Shown here piece by piece: positions 40,345-48,090 of a stretch of 52,697 nt of DNA. This stretch comes from an uncultured Gemmatimonadota bacterium (lineage in GTDB: Bacteria > GCA-2686955): assembly GCA_964490075.1 (NCBI GenBank), contig CAZBBK010000009.1, positions 62,001 to 114,697 of the forward strand. The letters run 5' to 3'. Every line of letters begins with the position of its first letter. The stretch's first letter is position 1. Under the pieces are notes generated by a model. That model made no database searches, was not told the origin of the DNA, and saw only the letters and a list, made by a program, of their open reading frames with translations. The position numbers and the translations under genes are program-made.

Positions 40345-41583
40345 TCAGCCGCTCAGCAGCGATTCCATTCTTCTCTTGTTGTTGGCGTGGTCACGGGCGC
40401 TGTCGGGCCTGATGAGCCCCGCGCCCACCAACCGATGCAGATCCTGCTCGAGAGTGACCATGCCCTGATCGCGCGACTCCATCATCATCTGATAGACCTC
40501 GCCCACGTTGTTGTTCTTGATCGCCGCGCGAACCGATGAGTTGACCAGCAACACTTCCTTGGCCAACACACGCCCGCCGCGCACGTCGGGCACCAATTTC
40601 TGACTGACGACGCAGCTCAGCACGTCGGCCAGCCGGAGGCGCACACGCTCTTGCTCGATCGGCGGCACTTCGCCGATGATCCGGTCGACCGACTCGGCGG
40701 CGCTGGAGGTGTGCAGGGTGGAGAAGACCTTGTGTCCGGAGTCGGTGATCTCCAGAACGGTCATGATCGTGTCGGGATCGCGCATTTCGCCGACCACGAC
40801 GATATCCGGGTCCTGGCGCAGCGCCTGGATGGTCCCCTCCTTGAACGAGGCCACGTCGCGCCCCACCTCGCGGTGCCGGATGATGCAACGCTTCGGCTGG
40901 TGAATCGTCTCGATAGGAGACGCGATGACGACAACATGGGCTTCCGCCGCCAGGTTGTTGGCATCGATGATCGAATCGAGTGTGGAGCTCTTGCCCGAGC
41001 CGGTGATGCCGGTGACCAGCACCAGTCCACGCTTTTCCCGCAGCACGCTGAAGCGGCTCATGGCTCGGGAGTGGAATCCCAGATCCCGCAGCCGCCGGAT
41101 CTCGCCGGGAATGAGCCGCATGTTCAAGGCCAGGCTGCCGAGATCGAAGTAGGCGTCGGCGCGCAGACGGTGCCGGATTCCGTCCACCATGATTGTGTAG
41201 GAGAAGTCGAGATTGCGCTGTGTCAGCAGATGCGAGCACTGCTTCTCGGACAGGAGTGAGTGAATCAGAAGATCGCTTTCTGCGTGACTGAAGGCAGGGC
41301 ACTCGAAGTCGGGATACTTGCGCCCCGCCACCCGGTACCAGATCGCTTCCCGGCAGCCCTCGCCGCCCAGGTCCATGTCGGATGCCTCGAGCACCACCAT
41401 GCGCGCCATCAGCTCCTCGGCGAGCGCAACGATCTGGTCCCTGTCGGACTCGTCGAGCCGGGCAACGATCTCCCCGACGCGCGCCTGGCGGTCACCGCCC
41501 TGCAAGAGGCGGGGGATGGCCTCGACCTGCTCGATTCCGGGCAATCGACCGGCGGCGGAGCTCTTTGTCTCGAGATGGGGCAT
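40345..41583 (-). CDS. pilT: PilT/PilU-family retraction ATPase, atypical
   Basis: GLVLVTGITGSGKSSTL, HREVGRD, ALRQDPDIVVVGEMRD, GHKVFSTLH, SQKLVP, GMVTLEQDL. Confidence 0.88.
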   Translation of the reverse strand: MPHLETKSSAAGRLPGIEQVEAIPRLLQGGDRQARVGEIVARLDESDRDQIVALAEELMARMVVLEASDMDLGGEGCREAIWYRVAGRKYPDFECPAFSHAESDLLIHSLLSEKQCSHLLTQRNLDFSYTIMVDGIRHRLRADAYFDLGSLALNMRLIPGEIRRLRDLGFHSRAMSRFSVLREKRGLVLVTGITGSGKSSTLDSIIDANNLAAEAHVVVIASPIETIHQPKRCIIRHREVGRDVASFKEGTIQALRQDPDIVVVGEMRDPDTIMTVLEITDSGHKVFSTLHTSSAAESVDRIIGEVPPIEQERVRLRLADVLSCVVSQKLVPDVRGGRVLAKEVLLVNSSVRAAIKNNNVGEVYQMMMESRDQGMVTLEQDLHRLVGAGLIRPDSARDHANNKRRMESLLSG

Positions 41584-41585
41584 GG

Positions 41586-43466
41586 CTACTCCGATGTGGT
41601 CGCGAACAACACTTCCTCGCAGGTGGTGACTCCGGCGCGGACCCGCGCCATGCCCGACTTCCGCAGGGTCAACATTCCGGTGCGCTTGCCGATGGTGCGA
41701 ATCCCCTCTTCGTCGATCTCATCCTTGGATTCCAAGATCAGCCGCCGTATCTCCTTGTTGAAGAGCAGGGTTTCGTGGATGGCGGCGCGCCCCTTGTAGC
41801 CGTCGTTGCATTCGTCACATCCGACCGGCTCGTAGAAAGTGAGGCCGTCGAGCTCGGCGCGGTCGAAGCCGACCGAGGTGCCGACCTCGGGATCGAGCTC
41901 GCGGCGCACGCGACGGCACTTCTGGCACAGAGTTCGGACCAGCCGCTGGGCGACGATGATGTTGATGGCGTAGGCGATCAGGAAGGGTTCGATGCCAAGC
42001 TTGTAGAGGCGGGATACCGCCGAAGGAGCGTCGTTGGTGTGCAGTGTGGAGAAGGTGAGGTGGCCGGTGTTGGCCAACTTGATGGCGATGTCGGCGGTGA
42101 CGCGGTCGCGCATCTCGCCGACCATCACGATGTCGGGGTCGTGACGCAAAATCGATCGCAGAGCTTGCTCGAAGTCCAGCTTCAGATTCAGCTTCACCTG
42201 CCTGGCACCGCGAATGATGTACTCCACGGGGTCCTCGACCGTGATGGCGTTGAGCGTGGGATCGAGGACCTGCGCGAGCGCCGCTACCAGGGTGGTTGAC
42301 TTGCCGCTTCCGGTGGGACCGGTCAAGATGACGATGCCCTGGGGTCGGGCGATCGCCGCTTCGAACTGGCGCCGCGCGGCCGGCAGAAAGCCGATCTGCT
42401 CCAGATCGAGGATCAGTTTGCGGTCGTCCAGCACCCGGATCACCACGCTCTCCAGGCGACGACGGTATTCAGCGCCCACGATCGGCAGAATCGAAACCCT
42501 GAAACGGATCCGGTGCCCGTCCACCGTTCGCTGGATGAAACCGTCCTGTGCCGCCTCGCGCTCGAAGCGGTCGACGTTGCGCGACCGATCCTTGATGACC
42601 GCGGCGATCGCCTCGGGATTGAAGCCGCGTTGCTCCATCCATAGCTGCAAACGCCCGTCGACACGAAAACGGATGGCGATTCCGTCGCTCTCGCCAGGCA
42701 GGAAATGAATGTCGCTGGCACCCCGACGCACCGCCTCCACCAGGCATCCTTCGACGAGATTGGTCAAGGCGGAGTGGTGGATCTCGATCGTCTCTTCCTG
42801 CTCTTCCTCTTCGACCTCCTCGATCTCGTCCTGTGCCCGGTTCAGATCTCTGAGATAGCGATTCTCGTCCTGCGCCGTGCGCCGGAAGTAGTCGCGCACC
42901 AGGGAGTCGGGCGCGAACACCACTTCGTATCGGGTCAGACCGATGCGCCGGGCCAACAGGGCGATGCTCGGATCGGTGGGGTCGGCCGCGGCGAGACGGA
43001 TTGGATGGCTGTCGGCGGCGTCGGCGAAGAGCGGCGCCAGCGGCAGCTCGCGCAGCTCGTCGAGCAGCTCTTCGTCCAGCTCCGCGAGAAATTCCGTAGC
43101 GAGCGAAAGCGCAGTGGCGCCTACCCCCTCTTCCGACAGGTCGACCTCCGGGAAGCCGTACATGGCGGCCACTTCGCGAGCCACGGAATCGGCGGGCACA
43201 CCGCATTCCTCCACCAGGATCTCGCCCAGTCTGCGGCGCCGGCCTTCCGGCTGCTCGGCTTGGGTCTGGAGCGCCTGGTCGAGCTTCTGCTGATCGATCA
43301 GGCCGCGCTTGACTAGTCTGGTTCCGATCCGGTCGGTGGCGCGGATCTCGAGCGAGCGGTCGTGGTCGGTGGTGCGGTAGATGGGCGAGGGCGCGATCGG
43401 CGTGCTCTCGGAGGGCGGGGGATCCGCCGCGGAGACCTGCCGGGATGCGGAGAAGGGCAGCTTCAT
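41586..43466 (-). CDS. pilB: PilB/GspE-family assembly ATPase with MshEN-like N-terminus
   Basis: Start ATG 43466 overlaps the pilC stop. RIGTRLVKRGLI...RLGEILV; ASDIH; GPTGSGKST; TVEDPVEY; LRHDPDIVMVGEMRD; TLHTND; CQKC...GCDEC. Confidence 0.93.
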   Translation of the reverse strand: MKLPFSASRQVSAADPPPSESTPIAPSPIYRTTDHDRSLEIRATDRIGTRLVKRGLIDQQKLDQALQTQAEQPEGRRRRLGEILVEECGVPADSVAREVAAMYGFPEVDLSEEGVGATALSLATEFLAELDEELLDELRELPLAPLFADAADSHPIRLAAADPTDPSIALLARRIGLTRYEVVFAPDSLVRDYFRRTAQDENRYLRDLNRAQDEIEEVEEEEQEETIEIHHSALTNLVEGCLVEAVRRGASDIHFLPGESDGIAIRFRVDGRLQLWMEQRGFNPEAIAAVIKDRSRNVDRFEREAAQDGFIQRTVDGHRIRFRVSILPIVGAEYRRRLESVVIRVLDDRKLILDLEQIGFLPAARRQFEAAIARPQGIVILTGPTGSGKSTTLVAALAQVLDPTLNAITVEDPVEYIIRGARQVKLNLKLDFEQALRSILRHDPDIVMVGEMRDRVTADIAIKLANTGHLTFSTLHTNDAPSAVSRLYKLGIEPFLIAYAINIIVAQRLVRTLCQKCRRVRRELDPEVGTSVGFDRAELDGLTFYEPVGCDECNDGYKGRAAIHETLLFNKEIRRLILESKDEIDEEGIRTIGKRTGMLTLRKSGMARVRAGVTTCEEVLFATTSE

Positions 43467-44809
43467 GACACCGTTCCGGGGGGGTTGGGATGAATGATCG
43501 CGGTCTCCGACGAGACGACGGTGATCGCGACCATCACCAGGACGATGAAGATGCTGAGCAGAATCTGTACGTAATCGACCAGGGCGCGCAGGCGGTAGGT
43601 GGTGTCGGCTTCGTAGTAGTTGGCTAGCTGGAGGGCGGTCTGGCGGATGGTTCCGGTCTCGGCCCCGGAGCGCAGCCGCGAAATGGCGGTCGGCGTGAAT
43701 ACGCCGCAGCGATCGAGCGCTTCCACGAACCCGCTGCCGGTGCGGATCATCTGCGGCAGCACATCCTCCTTGATGCGCTTCTCGATGTATCGATTCTGAC
43801 AGGCCTCGGCGGCAACGCGAATCACTTCGATGTTGTCGCCCGAGCCGCTGTAGGTGGCATAGAAGACTCTGCAGAAGACCTCGATCGATGTCTTCTGCAG
43901 GAGCGATCCCAGGATCGGGACCTTGAGCACCCAGCGGTCGATGAAGAGGCGGATTCTTGGGCTGCGGAATGCCTGCCAGAGGACCAGCGCCGCCAGCGCG
44001 AAGCCCACCACGATCCACGTGATCTGGTCGCGGATGAAGTACGAGAAGTTCATCGTGCCGGCCGTCATCGGCGGCAGATCCATGTCGAAACGCAGGAAGA
44101 GCTCGGCGGTCTTGGGGAAGATGTAGCCGACGTAGAAGATGATCACCGCCAGGAGCGCCACGCAGGTCGCGGCCGGCATGATCAGGGCCGAGCGCAGCAT
44201 CTTCTTGAATTCGGCGTTGCGCTCCAGGAACTTCGCCGCGGCGGTGTAGATCTCCACCATGTTGCCGCTGGTCGAAGCGATGCCGAGCATGTACGCCGGG
44301 AACTGGCCAAATATGTCGCGATGCTTGCCAAAGACTTCGTGGCCGGTGCGGCCGTCCTTCAGATCCTGGTAGATCTCCTCGATGGCATCGCGCAGGGCGC
44401 GCGAAGGCATGTCGCTCTTCAGCAGAGACAGGATCTCGTCGTAGGGCAGCTGCTCGCGGAGCAGGTCCGCCGAGAGCCGCATGAACATCACGACATCTTT
44501 GAAAGAAGGCCGTACCCAAGCGTCGGTGAAGCGGCGCCTGATCGAGAGCACCCGATAGCCGGTGCGGGCCAGCGAGCTTTCGACATCCTGCCGGGCGAAC
44601 GCCTTCTGCTCGCCTTCGATCGGGGCATCGCGTCCGCGGCGCACCCGGTAGACGTAGGTGCGACGTTTTTGAATCCCGGTGATCCGCAGCGCGCGGCTCT
44701 TGGCGATTGCGTCCGCCTTCTGGCGCGCCTCCCGCGCGGAATCGCAGTGCAGGACCCCCTGCACCGGCCGGTTGCGCGGATTGACTCCTTGGTAGCGGAA
44801 TACGGGCAT
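43463..44809 (-). CDS. pilC: PilC/GspF-family inner-membrane platform protein
   Basis: Two T2SSF domains (TSGNM...KKMLRSALIMP; SGAETGTI), DLPPMT, LKVPILGSL. Confidence 0.9.
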   Translation of the reverse strand: MPVFRYQGVNPRNRPVQGVLHCDSAREARQKADAIAKSRALRITGIQKRRTYVYRVRRGRDAPIEGEQKAFARQDVESSLARTGYRVLSIRRRFTDAWVRPSFKDVVMFMRLSADLLREQLPYDEILSLLKSDMPSRALRDAIEEIYQDLKDGRTGHEVFGKHRDIFGQFPAYMLGIASTSGNMVEIYTAAAKFLERNAEFKKMLRSALIMPAATCVALLAVIIFYVGYIFPKTAELFLRFDMDLPPMTAGTMNFSYFIRDQITWIVVGFALAALVLWQAFRSPRIRLFIDRWVLKVPILGSLLQKTSIEVFCRVFYATYSGSGDNIEVIRVAAEACQNRYIEKRIKEDVLPQMIRTGSGFVEALDRCGVFTPTAISRLRSGAETGTIRQTALQLANYYEADTTYRLRALVDYVQILLSIFIVLVMVAITVVSSETAIIHPNPPGTVS

Positions 44810-44880
44810 GTCTCTCACCCTGGCCGGAGCACGGCCGAGACCTGCGGAGGGTGGGCGGCGCGGCTAGCCGCGCGCCTCGC

Positions 44881-44914
44881 GCAAAACGCCCCCAGGGAGA
44901 ATCTCCCCGGGGGC
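44881..44914 (-). terminator. Intrinsic terminator or stabilising hairpin between the pilin and pilC
   Basis: Minus strand GCCCCCGGGGAG-ATT-CTCCCTGGGGGC followed by GTTTTGC. Confidence 0.7.
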
Positions 44915-44948
44915 TTGGGACGGGACCGTGGGCCCCGGGAGGTTGCGT

Positions 44949-45362
44949 CTAGCGCTCGGAGATCGACAGAGAGGCGCCCGAAGAGGTCACGGTGCAGGTG
45001 ACCAGGACCGGATCGCCGTCGCCGTCCGCATCTTCCACGCCAGTGCCCTGAATGGTGACCATCGAATCGTTGCCGGCGATGGAGACCGCCATCGTGCCGT
45101 TGTCGTTGATCGGGTTGGACGTGAGTTGGGCAATGCCCGCCGCGTCGGCGGTCAGGCCGGTGAACGATTTGCCACCTCCACCCATGCTGGTCGGTTTGCG
45201 GTAGTACTGCTGGGCACGAGATGCCAGATTGAGAAGGTCGTTGGAAACGGCGTCGAGATTGGCGTTCGCGGCGCTCTCGTTGAACATGTTGATACCGACA
45301 ACCGTGGCGATACCAACGATGATGGCGCCGAGAACGATCAAGAGGATTTGCTGCTGGCCCAT
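44949..45362 (-). CDS. Putative major pilin with a non-canonical N-terminus (MGQQQILLIVLGAIIVGIA...)
   Basis: 137 aa; N-terminal hydrophobic helix, amphipathic helix, beta-rich C-terminus. First gene of the pilC-B-T cluster, with GGAG RBS, promoter and terminator. Confidence 0.75.
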   Translation of the reverse strand: MGQQQILLIVLGAIIVGIATVVGINMFNESAANANLDAVSNDLLNLASRAQQYYRKPTSMGGGGKSFTGLTADAAGIAQLTSNPINDNGTMAVSIAGNDSMVTIQGTGVEDADGDGDPVLVTCTVTSSGASLSISER

Positions 45363-45472
45363 GCGAAGATCTCCGAAGACAAGAAGGAGGGAGGAGCGTG
45401 CCGCCGGGTCTCGGCGGTAGGACCCGGGCGGGAAGGGGGCGCGGGTCGCGATGCCACTGCGACACTCCCCGC

Positions 45473-45488
45473 TGCAGGCTTCATGCCA
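45473..45488 (-). promoter_or_regulatory. Sigma54 promoter upstream of the pilin
   Basis: Minus strand TGGCATGAAGCCTGCA (GG-N10-GC), about 110 nt upstream of ATG 45362. Confidence 0.65.
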
Positions 45489-45799
45489 GGCCGCCGGAGA
45501 ACCCGATAAGAGCGCTGCAAGTCGCTGGAGATCATCCGCTTAGAGGGAGAGCAGCAACCCCGCGCCAGGCCCCGGAAGGGCGCCGTGCTGCCAAGCGCCT
45601 GAACAGCGGCGAGAGCCTCTCGCGGGCCGGAGCGGCACCGGTCCAGGTCGACCGACGACCGGGTGGACCGGGCGTGATTCGTTGGCCGGCAACAGGATAC
45701 GCAGTCGGCGCGGGGGATGGCTCGAGGAGGGCGGGGGCGCATCTGGGCGAGTCGGCCGCGCCCGGCACAGTGCGCGATCGTTGCACAGCTCGGGACCGG

Positions 45800-46046
45800 G
45801 CTTCAGGCCTCGGGCTTCAGGCTTCAGGCGTCGAGCTTCCAGAGGACCTGGGTCCTCACCCATGCTTCGACGAGTAGCTTTCGCCGATTCAGGAGCGGAG
45901 AAGTTCGGCTCTGCTCGCAACTCGACCTCGACAGATTCAGTACCGACGTGCACTCGGCTCGTCTGCCCGCCACCGAGCGGGCCAACGCGGTCCGCTCTGG
46001 ATGTCCGATTTCCAGGCCCAAAGCCCGAAGTCTGAAGCCCGAAGCC
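45800..46046. repeat. Two heptamer tandem arrays in inverted orientation
   Basis: GCTTCAG GCCTCGG GCTTCAG GCTTCAG GCGTCGA GCTTCCA (45800-45841). The reverse complement of about 46012-46046 reads GCTTCGG GCTTCAG ACTTCGG GCTTTGG GCCTGGA. Confidence 0.7.
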
Positions 46047-46364
46047 GGGTCCCGGCGACTTCGCCAGGACCCTTCCGCTCCGGCGGCCCGGCCGATGAGC
46101 TACGATGCCGCGTCCCGAACGTGCGCCCCGGAGCAGGCTTGGCACCGACCTGTGCCGGGTACGAGGCGCGGCCCGGTCGAAGGAACCCGGCGGCGTGAGT
46201 CGACACCCTGAAAAACCGGCGCTCGCCCACCGACTTCGCGGCGGTGGCGGCCCGTTGGCGCTTGGCAGCACGGGACCGTTCTCGGCCTCGAAGAGGCGTC
46301 GATCGCAGATCTTCACGACGTCCTCTGCGATTGGGAGCGGCGGGCCTTCTCGGGCGGCTTTCGG

Positions 46365-46998
46365 GTGAACTCGGTGCTCGTCGCCGCGGGAAGCCTCGCC
46401 GTGCCCCTCTGGGCGCTGCGCGGCGCGATCGCCACCCGCACCATCATCGTGCTCGGAGCCCTGTTAGCGATGCCCCCCGCCCACGTGGTCGCCAACGAGC
46501 TGCTCTTCGTCGGCAGCCACTCCGAGCTCAGATCTCTGGGGGACTGCGGCCGCATTCTGGCAGCGCTGCCTTCTCGCCGGAATGGGACACCCCTACCAGG
46601 ACGAGCGCCTCGACCCCGTGATCTCTCTGCCCCGCTTCTTCCCTCAGGAGTGGATCCCCGATGTGCGGGTGGCGAAGACTCGAGACGAGGTCGCGGATCG
46701 TAGCTACGAGATCCGGCTCGCCGACGCGGCCCTGGAAGCGACGGAGCGTGGCGATCACCGGCACGAGGACGTGGACTGGGAGGTTGCCGAGCGTCTGTAC
46801 CCGACGGGAGTGGCACTGGGTGTCGCGCTGCGCGGGGAGGGCGACGACTGGCGTGCCGCCGCGGCGGCCTTCGACTGCACCGCCCGCGAGCAGGCGGTTC
46901 GAGAGACCTGCGAGCGCTCGCCCAGCGACGGCTTGGTGGCGATCCTGGATGCGTGGATCCGGCCTCTGGATCTGGATCGAACGACGAGAGTCGATTGA
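46365..46998 (+). pseudogene. Possible fragmented membrane-protein gene in two overlapping frames
   Basis: Hydrophobic ORF 46365-46703 overlaps the soluble-looking ORF 46582-46998; no recognisable family. Confidence 0.3.
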
Positions 46999-47020
46999 GA
47001 GGGCCGATGTCTCGACTCGA

Positions 47021-47743
47021 TCACTTCGTGGGTCTGGGACTGCTCAGACCGTCTCTCGTATACTGATGCTCACCCAGCCTCGGGTGCAGGAGTACGGGAG
47101 AGTGGGGGTCGGAGAGATCGATGATCTCCAGGTCGTACCCGGTTTGGAGATACAGTGTTTCTTCAAACACCACCAACGCCGACCATTGGATTCCAAGATG
47201 CACCGTAGAGAGCAGAATCGGAGCCCGCGGGTGCTCCGCAGAGTACACCAATAGCTCCCAGCTGCTGCTCAGGAAGACGAGCGTATCCTCCGCGGCGATC
47301 GACACGAAGTCCCCGTCGATCGATGAGAGCACCATTGGCGGATTGGGCGCCAGATCGTAGATCCGGAAATCATCGGGCGCCCACACACCGCCCTTGATCG
47401 CGAACAGCAGCCCACCGGAGACGGTCGCCTGACGGCAGTAACCGCTCCCGAGCAACGGCACGCGTCGCTCACGACCAACTACACTTGGAATCGACCCCCA
47501 GAGTGACACATAGCCATCGGCATCAGCGACTACCCACCCATCAGCGACATGGACAGCCTTGGCGTTGATATTGGGCAGCCAACCCCGCCGCGCGATCCAC
47601 TCCTCCGAGCGCGCCTCCACTTCCGAGCTCCAGAGGGGACTCCCCGTCGGCGGATGATCCAGGGGGAGAGCCGAGAGCTCGATCGAGCCGAGCCACGCGG
47701 CCAGCATGACCGCGCGATGCCGCGAACGGCGCGAGATGCTCAT
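47021..47743 (-). CDS. Secreted LVIVD-repeat protein, probably C-terminally truncated
   Basis: Signal-like N-terminus; FRIYDLAPNPP, LLVYSAEHPRAP, LEIIDLSDPHSP; ends just after a repeat. Confidence 0.6.
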   Translation of the reverse strand: MSISRRSRHRAVMLAAWLGSIELSALPLDHPPTGSPLWSSEVEARSEEWIARRGWLPNINAKAVHVADGWVVADADGYVSLWGSIPSVVGRERRVPLLGSGYCRQATVSGGLLFAIKGGVWAPDDFRIYDLAPNPPMVLSSIDGDFVSIAAEDTLVFLSSSWELLVYSAEHPRAPILLSTVHLGIQWSALVVFEETLYLQTGYDLEIIDLSDPHSPVLLHPRLGEHQYTRDGLSSPRPTK

Positions 47744-47999
47744 GACGATCTCCGCTTGAGTCTCAGGACGAAGACATCGGACGACCAGGTTTCGTTGGAG
47801 TCGAGGAGGATCTCGTGCCAGCCCGGATCCACGTCTTCATCATCGATGGGCGCCCCCGGCAGATATCGAGGTAGCTCTTCTTCTTCCACAAGAGCGCTTC
47901 CCGCACATCGGTCAGATAGAGCTCGCTACGCAAGGAGCCGGTCAGCTCGCGGATCTGGACCGGCATGGCGGAATCTCCTTCTTCCGATTGCGTTGCCAT
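47740..47999 (-). pseudogene. Frameshifted C-terminal gene remnant
   Basis: One frame reads ...LYLTDVREALL. A shift near 47890 gives VEEEELPRYLPGAPIDDEDVDPGWHEILLDSNETWSSDVFVLRLKRRSS*, whose TGA overlaps the ATG at 47743. Confidence 0.45.
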
Positions 48000-48090
48000 G
48001 CGCTCCTATCGGGGGGGGCACCTCGAGAGCAAGAGATCTGGAGCGGGGTCTGCGCGGCTGTCTGAGCTTCGACGTGGCGGTTGGGGCCCC

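Noticed and set aside
43467-44519. N-terminal 350 aa of the 977-aa track ORF, suggesting a giant PilB fusion
   Set aside because: Out-of-frame overlap with pilC; PilB starts at ATG 43466 in an ATGA junction.
45553-45567. Second sigma54-like box TGGCGCGGGGTTGCT on the minus strand
   Set aside because: GG-GC spacing is 9 nt; sigma54 needs 10.
45800-46046. Heptamer arrays as a CRISPR array or IS ends
   Set aside because: No repeat-spacer periodicity, no cas gene and no transposase.
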